This document shows positions 54,321 to 64,000 of a stretch of DNA of 64,000 nucleotides, piece after piece. Under the pieces are notes generated by a model that was not told the origin of the DNA, did no database searches, and saw only the letters and a program-made list of their open reading frames with translations. The position numbers were made by a program, and so were the translations under genes. Within the stretch, counting starts at the first letter, position 1; each line of letters opens with the position of its first letter. The stretch comes from a virus (Duplodnaviria > Caudoviricetes), in IMG/VR virus record IMGVR_UViG_3300012232_000010, positions 33,723 to 97,722 of that record; one strand, given 5' to 3'.

Positions 54321-54949
54321 ATGTCGGGCAGACTTCACCCATCTGCCCTTGACTGTCACCGCGCTCGGGAAGGTTCGTTAAACCCAAGAGACAGTCGGTT
54401 AGTAGCCTTGTCGATGCTACCCAATGATCAACATAAGAATGAAAGTAATCACCGCTGCCGGGATTGTAAGTTGTCCAATAAACGGACAGAATCCAAGCAA
54501 AGCACCGTGCCACCAAGTCACAACGGCTTCCCTATTCGCATAGACAAGCCAAGTATTGATGGTGTACGGCCAAAGGATCGCTCCAATAGCCGCACAAATT
54601 CCCAAAATAACCAACAGAGCCAAAAGACTACCACCACAAAGAGCAATAATGGCCTTCATACTTATCCTTTCTTACGAATTGTTCTCATACTTCAAAACCC
54701 ACGAAGTCAAGTTCTTGGGGATATAAATCCCCTTATTGGTACGAAACCAATCGACACCCTCATCAACAATAACCAGCCGTTGACCTTCCTTGTACGTTCC
54801 GTAATTCACAAGCATTGAGTACATTTATATCCTTTCACAGAAAAACAGGGGGTCCGGGATTAGCTAAAAAATCAACAAAAAGAAGCATACTCAAGGCATT
54901 CCAAGCGAACGCCATTATCGCAATCAAGAACAAAATCATTTCTTCTCCT

Positions 54950-55465
54950 TTAGCGATGAGATTTTGGAATACTAATGAGTGTACGCATTACCGAAATCCA
55001 GATAGCTCTGGAAAGAGCCTTGTACTCTGGGTTTGGAAGAATCTCAGGGTACTGAAATACAGATCGTGGTGCAAGACGCATAAGGTTATTCCTAGCGATG
55101 ATGCCCTGTGCCAATTCCTTCAATGGCATACGCTCAGGTTTGATGACCTGAATATGGATACTCTCTCCTTCACCCGTAGGATTCTCATATCGCCAGACTT
55201 CCAGAATTGTTGGATCAAGCTTTTCTTCTGTGGGAAGACTGAACCGTGGCTCGTTACCCTCTCCGTAATCCGCGCCTTGGGGTTCAAATCCCCTTGCTTC
55301 AAGCCAATCCCTCAAACCGTCTTGATGTTCAACGAAGAAATCCCAATCGGAATTATCCGTGACATTTCCAAAGAACCGACTTCCGGTAAGATGGAAATGG
55401 ATGACGCTCGTTCGAATCTGATCCAACATAGATACCTTCATAGCCACAGGACTATTCACGATCAT
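54950..55465 (-). CDS. Minimal nucleotidyltransferase-fold protein
   Basis: LTGSRFFG.....SDWDF (GS...DxD). Confidence 0.7.
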   Translation of the reverse strand: MIVNSPVAMKVSMLDQIRTSVIHFHLTGSRFFGNVTDNSDWDFFVEHQDGLRDWLEARGFEPQGADYGEGNEPRFSLPTEEKLDPTILEVWRYENPTGEGESIHIQVIKPERMPLKELAQGIIARNNLMRLAPRSVFQYPEILPNPEYKALSRAIWISVMRTLISIPKSHR

Positions 55466-55477
55466 GTCGTTTCCTTT

Positions 55478-55957
55478 CTAAACAAGAACTGGTTCTTCAA
55501 TTTTCTTTCCGACGTAGACGAAATCATTGTCACTATAATCATGACTACTCACTATCGTCAGATGGGGGAATTCCCGAAGACAAGAAGTGTGATAACTTTC
55601 CCCTTGCTGGTATAGAAGCAACCCAGCGCACTGGCTCCTAAACCGACTAAGCACTTCCTTTATGGTCTTGCCGGTCTCCATGAAATCGTCGATTATCACG
55701 AACCTTCTATCTTGACCATGATAACCCTTTGTGTTTCCAAAGAGATTAGAGCATGAATGCGTACTTTCATTTTCTTTACGGCAGACCACATATTTAATAC
55801 CAGTTTCCATAGAAACAGGAATCAAAGGTAGGCTACCCGACATTCCTATTCCCGTTATGAAATCGACTTGCCCGAAGACACCGGATTGCAGTTGAGTCGC
55901 CAACCACTGGATAACTGATTTTGGATTTTCGATAAAGCGTTCAAAGTATGTGGACAT
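55478..55957 (-). CDS. Type I phosphoribosyltransferase-fold protein
   Basis: G.SG, RK....H, FVIIDDFMETGKT. Confidence 0.8.
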   Translation of the reverse strand: MSTYFERFIENPKSVIQWLATQLQSGVFGQVDFITGIGMSGSLPLIPVSMETGIKYVVCRKENESTHSCSNLFGNTKGYHGQDRRFVIIDDFMETGKTIKEVLSRFRSQCAGLLLYQQGESYHTSCLREFPHLTIVSSHDYSDNDFVYVGKKIEEPVLV

Positions 55958-56469
55958 TGAGAGCCAGCCCTACCTTTCAATCTTTACTATCGTAACACCC
56001 GGAAACTTTGACTTTCGGACAGTTATTTCGTCTGGTAAAAACTTCGTACCAAACCAGAACGCTGTTCTAGTCCAACCCCATTTGGACAAAAGTTTATGGA
56101 TTCGCCATCTAACTTTCATTTATTCGGCTCCTTTCTTATCACGATTTTATCGCAGAAACCGAAATTCATCATCAATCCTTTCATTCCATTCGGCAAACAC
56201 CGGAAGAACGGCTGGATCAATTTCCTCCTTATCTGGATCAAGTGGATTTGGTATTCTGCCATCAGCCCTGATTAAATCTATAACATGTCTCGCTTTGTCG
56301 TCAAGACCAAAGGGATAGTTACTCCAATATTTAGCTTCAGTTAGACAACCACCAAGTCCCTTGATGCATCCAAAAAGAGGATGGAATTGTGCGCCCTCAT
56401 TCCATTCTTTATAAATTTGTTTTGGTGTGCAATTCGAAAGACGTTCTACTTCTGCTTGATAATCGGGTC

Positions 56470-56745
56470 TCATGAATTCTCCAAACATTTTTCGCAAATA
56501 TCAATTTCACACCAATCGAAACCACCCATTGTGGTTCTGCGTTTACCCTTGGGGTGAAAGACTACTTCATGAACAGGAAATACTATTTGATCGTCAATCT
56601 TAGCGACGACTCCATTAATAAGGATTGATGACTTCTCAAACCATCGCCTTAATTCCGAGTTACTCGTAGGTTCTGGTGATTTTTCCGTACTACTCGGCAA
56701 GGCGCTTTTCCTCTTCAGGACTTGACAGAATTGATAAGCTGTCAT
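56470..56745 (-). CDS. S4-like RNA-binding small protein
   Basis: SNSELRRWFEKSSILING. Confidence 0.45.
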   Translation of the reverse strand: MTAYQFCQVLKRKSALPSSTEKSPEPTSNSELRRWFEKSSILINGVVAKIDDQIVFPVHEVVFHPKGKRRTTMGGFDWCEIDICEKCLENS

Positions 56746-57407
56746 TCATCTCTTCCTTTGGAGAATACGATCCAACACAAACCAAGAAAAAAGCCAAAGA
56801 TTATCAATGCACCAATCAAGTCTGCCACCAAACTATCTCTTATTAGGTTCATACGGAAACTCCGTTTGAATGATAACCTTAACACATTGTCCACGACTCC
56901 ATTGCTCACGACGCGCTCTTGCTGGAACTTCTGTCAACTTGCGCAACCATTTGACAGGCATATCGCACAATTGCCTTGTGCGAATCAATTGCCGAATGTA
57001 ATTGTCATACTCTCCCATCTTCGCACCAATCATAAAAATCTACAGGAACAATAATGGATGCGTACTCTGGTCGTGTTCTGAACAAACCACCACCGAAAGC
57101 CATACGGCAAGCATACTTCTCTATATCTCTTGGATTATCAAGATGAGATTCAAAGGTTACTTCTGCGCTCTTTCCTTCTCCAAAGACTAGACATTTGAAT
57201 TGCATATAAAATCATCCTTTCAAAAGCCAGCGCGACGTAGAAAGTCTGCACAATCCATGCAAAAGCCGTTATCTGATAACCCTTCCTTGACCCACAACTG
57301 ATCTGGTCTGCATTTGCATTTACAGAGACTACATGGGTAATAGAACTTGTCTGGTACTAAGAAGTCATCATCGTCATCTTCGAAGGGTGGATATGGAAGC
57401 ATATCTA

Positions 57408-57842
57408 TTACTCCGGGTAAGGTCCAAGAGTTTTAATAATCTTTGACAATTCCAACTTAAGCGAATTATTCGCATAAGTCCTGCCCATATTACCGTCTTC
57501 ACCCTCTAAGCCAAGACTTGAAGCAAGCTTTTTGAATTTACTTCCATGACCAGACTTTTTAAGAGCCACATGCACCAATTCGTGCAATAATGTTGCAAGT
57601 ATTTCTACTTCCGAAGTAAGTTTGGGGGAAATAGTTACTTTAAACGTTCCATTAATTTGGCGAGAAAAGTAACCAATATGACCACCGGGTATTTTCTTGA
57701 CTACCACATACCATTCACTAAGTGGTTCGCCAGTCTTTTCTTCTACTTTTTTCTGTAGAATTTGACCGGCTTTCGTTAGCCAAATTTCTTGTGGGGTTTG
57801 TTGTGTTCCCGCTAAGATAAACATCATAATCCAAAAATTCAT
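57408..57842 (-). CDS. SprT-like zinc metalloprotease
   Basis: TLLHELVH...GHG..FK; start moved to ATG 57842. Confidence 0.7.
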   Translation of the reverse strand: MNFWIMMFILAGTQQTPQEIWLTKAGQILQKKVEEKTGEPLSEWYVVVKKIPGGHIGYFSRQINGTFKVTISPKLTSEVEILATLLHELVHVALKKSGHGSKFKKLASSLGLEGEDGNMGRTYANNSLKLELSKIIKTLGPYPE

Positions 57843-60163
57843 TTGATTTCTCCAATGTTCTACGTCACGATTCGAACGTGATCCTTCGGAATAATTGTCG
57901 GAAGCGTGGCTTATTCCGCTATGCACACCCGGATGCTCCTATAAAGGCGCATCCACACTTCTTGGTAGAACAGGAATCCCCTCCGATTCCATTACAGAAG
58001 TTCCACTACTTCAAATTCGGAAACCAGCGTTGCTTCAAGGAACTTTTTCTTAGGATCGTCATCAAGACGAAAACAATTGATGGTAAACAATCCACCACCA
58101 ATTCTTACTGTGATCTTGGGAATCTTACAGAAGCGAACACCATTTGTTCCACGAAGACAGAAGTTTGTACCATCCGTCAAATCTTGGAATTCCATATTCT
58201 TCCTTTCAAATCATTTGATCGGGACAACAAAAGAACTAGGCTGTCGGTATAAGCGCTCCATTCGGATGCTCATCGACTATGAACGGCTTTTCCAATTGGA
58301 CGTTGTATACGTGATACCTTTCACGAATCACCACAAAATCTGTCAAGTGCAACTTTCTAGCCACACGGATAACATCTTCTACGTTATTGAAACGTGTAGC
58401 CTTCGCAATATCAGAAACCCCGTCTACTTTGGTCTCTGTGTAATAGATAAGAGCCTGAGCGGATGGCTGAAGTACCATCTTATCACTTGCTGCAAGAGTC
58501 GAAGCATTGTACAACATACCATTCTCCTTTGCTGTCTAGCTAACCATCACATAGTTAGCCCAATCACGATACCACAAATGGGATGGTCTATTCATCACCC
58601 GATAACAAAGGTGAACCAAATCCCAATAGATGTAATACCCGTATCCCATTCCATTCTGAACTCTACGAGCGCGTTCTAACGTTGGCATTTTATTTCTCGC
58701 ATTTGTTACACATGGGCTTACCCGCACGATAAACGCCACAGAACTCACACATAAACTCAGTGTTTCCGGGGTTTTGTTTGACCCAATCGCAGGTGCAATC
58801 GAAGGCACAATGACACTCACCAAGAACTTCGAAAGTACCCGTCAAACCATCAGATATAAGCGTTTTTGTCATTTTGAATCTCCGGTTGACCAGTCAACAA
58901 TCCGTGAAGGAACAGTAATTCCTCTCTTGCGAAATTTGGTTTCTTGTCACCACTCTTCAACGAATGATGAATCTCTTCTACAAGAGCGACGATCTTTTCT
59001 TTCCTTGTCATAAGGTTCCAAGAATCTATCCGCTCAGCAGCCATTCTTTCTTCGATTCGAAGACAGTCTTGACACATAATTATTCTCCTAAACGGGATTG
59101 GCCCGGTGTGACCCGGCGCGATCGCAAGCTTTTCGAAGGCTCCGATACCAATCCATCGACTCTGGGTGAACCCAGAATATCAAAGTTTCCACATGATGAA
59201 CAGACCAAAGACAAGAGAGATAAGTCCGTGCAAGATGTACACGAAAACCAAGAAGTCTTCAGACACGTACCAATCTTTTGTGCATGGCTTGAATAAACCG
59301 GCGATACCGCGAAGGAGTAGATAAACTCCTATGATCTTAATCATTTTTGTCTCCTAAGAATGATCTTGGCAATCGTGACATGTACAATCTTTGTATCCAT
59401 CCTTTAAAGGATGAAGATTATCTTCATACGCCGAGAACCCATCATCTTCGGCGGCTCGGATTTGTTCTTGAACCAAATCAAAGATTTTGAAAACATCATC
59501 CATTGTTGAATGACCGCCTACCAACATCTTCTGCTTCATTTCGGGAGAGATTTGAATCGTAACGCTTTCCATATCTTTCCTTTCAGCGAAGTTGACAACA
59601 ACGCAACGGCCCATCGTCTGAAATCTGACACCAAACAAATCCTTCAGGCGGTTCATTGGGCCACAAGAACTTATCGACTACATAAGCAAGAATCGGAACG
59701 CCAGAGAATGTCACCATCATCCACATTTCATTAATCCTCTAGATGAGAACAACAACAAGTATGATCACATTCATGATCGGGTGCGTTTTCAAGATTCTTT
59801 GAATTCAACCACTCCAATGCCTTAGACCAACAGACTTCTCTTGGGTATCGACCCCAACCAAAGTCGCCAATGATATTTTTACAAAAATAAGTTGGACTCT
59901 GGTTCTTTGTAAAGTCTACACTACAATTGTTAATACTTCCATCATTGTAGATGTGTTCTCGCCACTGATAGCCAGCATCCATAAATGCTTGTTGGGCTAC
60001 CCCAATTTGCCAATTACCATGTTTCAATGACATTAAAATTCTCCTTCAAGTATCGCAATCAAGCCCGTTCCAAATACTTTGACCGATTCTATATCTAATA
60101 AAGTCTATAGCCTTTATCAAATGATGCACGGTCCTTCTTGCGTCGGTTCTTGACGCGATACAA

Positions 60164-60237
60164 TAGAGTGGACGGGATTCGAACCCGCAATCTCTTGGGT
60201 GAAAGCCAAGTGAGTTAACCAATTCCTCTACCACTCC
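60164..60237 (-). tRNA. tRNA-Glu(UUC)
   Basis: GGAGTGG/CCACTCT acceptor; CTTGG-CTTTCAC-CCAAG; GCGGG-TTCGAAT-CCCGT. Confidence 0.88.
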
Positions 60238-60247
60238 AAATATTAAA

Positions 60248-60319
60248 TATGTCTTACGGGATTTTAACCCGTATTCTCCGTCTATACAACGGCGGTCTGA
60301 ATATTGAACCTAAAGACAT
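60248..60319 (-). ncRNA. tRNA-like cloverleaf with non-canonical loops
   Basis: ATGTCTT/AAGACAT; GGTT/GACC; CCGTT-GTATA-GACGG; ACGGG-TTAAAAT-CCCGT. Confidence 0.65.
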
Positions 60320-63300
60320 ATTTCTTTACTTCGAAACAATTAACCAAGCGATGAAACAAATGACAACGCACACAGCAAATCCTATTGCTAGGGACTCGCA
60401 AAAAATTCGAATGAGCGGTTCGTTTATCATTTTGCCTTCCTGTGCATTTTTACCAGCCTATCCTCAACGAGAACGATTTCCTCTGGCTTGAGCGTTCCCT
60501 GAATACAACAGACTTGGTACATCTCGTCGCAGTGTTCGCGCTCCATACGGAAGCACGCTACGAAATTCCAAACTGGACTACCCTCTACTTGCTTGTGGAC
60601 TTGGAAATGATTCGGAATATCACGCCCCAAACTCGTCTTGATGGGATCAACGTGATAGATGAAACGTGGCTTGTACTCAATAGGTTTCCTTGCATCATCG
60701 CAACTCTTGCACATACCATCTCCTTTACTGTCAAGCACTTAGGCACTCAGAACACAGCGCAAACATGACTCCGGTGTAATCCCCATCGTATTTTCCCTTG
60801 TCACGACGATAGGCATGACCGAAAACGACAAAGAACTTACCCGTTGAAAGATCATTGCCCAAGACCGTCCTTTGGTCACATTTGTTGCACCACAGTTCCT
60901 CTTCCAATGGAGGTTGGAATGTATCAGGGTAGACAATCGTTTTCTCGACGATTTGCTTCTTAATCATGACACACATGACACAGACTCCTATCGGATAATA
61001 GTTTCCAGCGCCCGAACGATTGTTCTGTCACAGATGTATTCCATGACCTTTGTGGCGGGGGTGTAATCGTCACCGGAATCAATAACTCTGGCGCAATTGA
61101 CCACAAATCCATGCCGACCCACTTGGAGATTCATTTCTGGAAGACGAACATAAGTTTTACCATCAAATGTGAAGTTTTGACCCGTTGAAACAGCCGCCAT
61201 CTGACAGACAAACATACACATCTCCTTCTTGGTCAAGCAACTATTTGTTTCAATTTAAGTGCCTGCGGAGTCAACGACCCGTACCGACTCTCTTTCAAGA
61301 ACTCCACAACAGCGTAGACTCGTCCAGATTCGTTTCCCCTTACTCCATTGTAGCAATTGGGGCAACCAACGATATGCCTAACTCCACATGAATCCGATTC
61401 CTTACCAGACATATCCCTCAAGACTACCTCAAGCATCCCTGAACCCAAGCATCGGTCGCAAATACACATTTGTTACATACCGCTCTTTCTACTTCTTATT
61501 TGTTCGCATGAACAACACCAAGTATCCCCATAAGAAGTCCGATTAAACGCTAAACCGTGAATTGCGCAATGGGTCGGTGGATTGACCAGAAGTTTGTATA
61601 TCATTCTAAGATCATCTCTGTCCAATTCAGGGCTTTGCTTGGACTGGATAGCGTCCAAAATCCTTTTGGTTAGAGAACATCTCTTCTTGTACTGTATTTC
61701 GAATTCCTCTCTGGAACGCATATGAAACTCCTAATCACAGGACGCCCACGACTTCCAAGTCACCTTCTTTCCGACTACACTGATTTCAAATGGCATCCCA
61801 TATCCGGCAGGATGAAAGTGCAACGCAATCTGCGCTACCGCAATATCATCGTTGGTAGGAACTTCGCCATCAAAATCTGCCTCATAGCGGTTCGTTTCTC
61901 CGACCCGACTACCACGTTCCACGACCTTTGCGATTTTAATTGCCATTAGACCCTCCTGAAAACATCGACTTGTTTGATTGCAACAATGCAAATTTTATAA
62001 GAATCTTTCACGATACCGCCGTGAAATACGTATTCCAAAGACACTGTGAATGGTACATTACGAACGCATTCGATTTTACCAAGAACGCCATAATACCGTA
62101 TCCCACCAATTGTATTGATGCGACAAACGCGACCCTCATTTTCTTCCAACATCGACAGAATGTTGTCATTCATAATTAATCAACCTTCATCCAAATAAAG
62201 GTATAAACATCATCCATGAACCCCGTTCCAAGTTCAGACACAATATTGTCCACAGACCGCATAATCCCTTTGTGCGGCCACTCTGATTCCACAAATTCAC
62301 AAACAGCCCCAGATGACGCATCGTGGACTATTATATCCTGATGATTACGAGACAGGATTTGGGCAATGTTGTACTTCACAGTAACAGGGGTGATCATTTT
62401 CAATCTCCTGGTTTCAGCGAACCCTAATCCAGCCAAAGCTGTGGGTATCCGGTTCTCCGTCACCGACCCAAGTGATTCTGATACGTTTCAACAAGCAATC
62501 GTACTTGCGAATCAAGGTGTGACCCGTAATCTTGATATTACAGGCGATACCGCGTTCGATCCCGAACACAGGATCAGGAATCCGAAATTGACACTTATCC
62601 CAATCCGACCCCAATAGTTGAACCCATCGCCTAGACGGTTCCAGCAACACACCAGACCCAATAACAGGGGTTTCACCGACAACCAAAGGTAGCCCGTAAA
62701 TGCCCCTACCGATGACTTCATTCTCAATTGTTGTCATTTAAACCCCTTGATTCAACAATCCTGAATTCAGGACTTCAGGTATTCTTCCAAGGTTTGTGGC
62801 ATCCCAAGAGCGCTTCGGCAGACATATCCTTGTCTTGTGAGTTCATGGACAACGCCGAGCATATTTTTAGCATGTGATCCGCCAATATCTTCACCATCTT
62901 TAAATACGGTGATGACAAATTGGTCTCCATCCCAATTTATAAAGATTCCGTCTTTCATTTTTGTCTCCACTCTTTGACGACACTTCTTGTTAATTAAACT
63001 GTAGACAGGGCGTAGGCGCTTCAGAATGAGGGTTCCAAGATAGAATCAGACTATCCTGAAATAGTCTAATCATCTTTTGTGAAAAGCTGCATTGTAATCT
63101 TAGAACTATTACCCTCAAGAAAGGCTCCCGTTACAGGATTCCAGTCGTCTTTTCGGACGGTTACAACGCAATCTCCGAAGCCAGCAATAATCGCGCTGTC
63201 CAGCCTATTTCTCAACTGTTCGACGGTCATTCCTTCCATATTGTACATCCTATATTCTTCATTTTTTGAGGGTTCTGACCCACTTTTTTCTCAAAAGCCA

Positions 63301-63572
63301 CATCAGCTTCACTTATTGACTTGGCCTCAACCGCGAATACTTTTGGCGCTGTCCAGACACCATTTTCATACTCACCTTTATCGTTGTCATAATAAATGTA
63401 AATATTCATCCTAAACTCCCTACAAGTATCAAACAACAAAGGTAATAGAGAAGGCGAATGGAATTGGGCGGATTTGGGGTTTGGATGTTGGACCAGTTTC
63501 AGGCACACACCCGACTACTGATATCACCGCAATATCAAATAAATTGCGACCTAATAGCTGTTTTTGGCCTCT

Positions 63573-63640
63573 AAAAAAGCCTTGAAAACACCTGAAAACA
63601 TACTAAAATACCCTGAAAACACGGCGAAAATGCAGTGAAA
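63573..63640. repeat. Phased A-tract short repeats (CCTGAAAACA-like)
   Basis: A-tracts start at 63573, 63585, 63595, 63605, 63616, 63627, 63638. Confidence 0.7.
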
Positions 63641-64000
63641 CGCGATATTCTGCGCTACGCGCTGCCCGATTTCTTGGAAAATTCGATTTACGAAACATAA
63701 GTGAACCACAAAACCGAGCAAAATGTTAGAAAAACATCAACCGCAAGGAGAATTATTCCAACTTTTACGAAATCATTCACCTTTTTCTCCAATTTGGCAC
63801 AGATAACGAAGGGGTTTTCCAGAATTCCCGACTAACCGACCCTCATTTTTAGGCCAGAAACGCGGTTTTGATATACTTTTGCTATGCTCGGCATGACCAG
63901 AAAGGAATGTGTGCCAACTAGAACGATTCCAAACGCGAAAGGCTGTCATCTGTGAGTTTTGCCAACCAATCCGTACATGGTTTTGACGCCATATAGGATA

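Larger units (their letters stand above)
52424..63508 (-). other. Dense run of short, co-oriented hypothetical genes (early-gene-like region)
   Basis: Dozens of 60-170 aa ORFs tiling the minus strand, many preceded by GGAG/AAGG RBS. Confidence 0.65.

Noticed and set aside
54283-54516. 77-aa minus-strand ORF
   Set aside because: Overlaps tRNA-Ile and the 54417 membrane-protein gene in another frame
60046-60234. 62-aa ORF MVEELVNSLGFHPRDCGFESRP
   Set aside because: Read-through of the tRNA-Glu sequence
216-63414. Numerous plus-strand ORFs in the track
   Set aside because: They lie antisense to motif-bearing or tightly tiled minus-strand genes and show no recognisable motifs; only 17080-17613 is kept
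1-64000. Stop-codon reassignment as in some large phages
   Set aside because: Known enzymes are full length in code 11, TAA/TAG/TGA all end genes, and no suppressor tRNA was found

Overview
A 64-kb segment of what is very probably a large dsDNA bacteriophage genome. Genes are densely packed and almost all on the minus strand, most are short and unknown, and no virion structural genes are recognisable. It carries nucleotide metabolism (class II RNR, dCMP deaminase, ThyX, GuaB/GuaC-like), RNA repair (two RNA ligases, phosphoesterase, kinase), translation accessories (RRF, peptide deformylase, tRNA-Arg/Ile/Glu), a PRPS-like + NAMPT-like pair resembling the NARP1 NAD+ reconstitution pathway, homing endonucleases and a collagen-like surface protein. 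The main find is a compact, apparently complete ubiquitin-like conjugation operon (Ubl, E2 fused to a Cys-rich repeat, JAB/MPN protease, E1; 32205-35221). Downstream lie a Ycf46-like AAA ATPase and DUF3150/DUF1257/DUF2997-like genes, and five proteins in the window share a C-terminal R[KR][IV]x[ILV] motif. Other oddities are a histone-fold-like protein, a BrxL-like ATPase lacking its Lon domain, a rare tRNA-Ile(UAU), a tRNA-shaped RNA with a non-canonical anticodon loop, and helically phased A-tracts at the right end. Several proteins hint at a Planctomycetota host (inference). All family assignments come from motif recognition by eye, not database searches.
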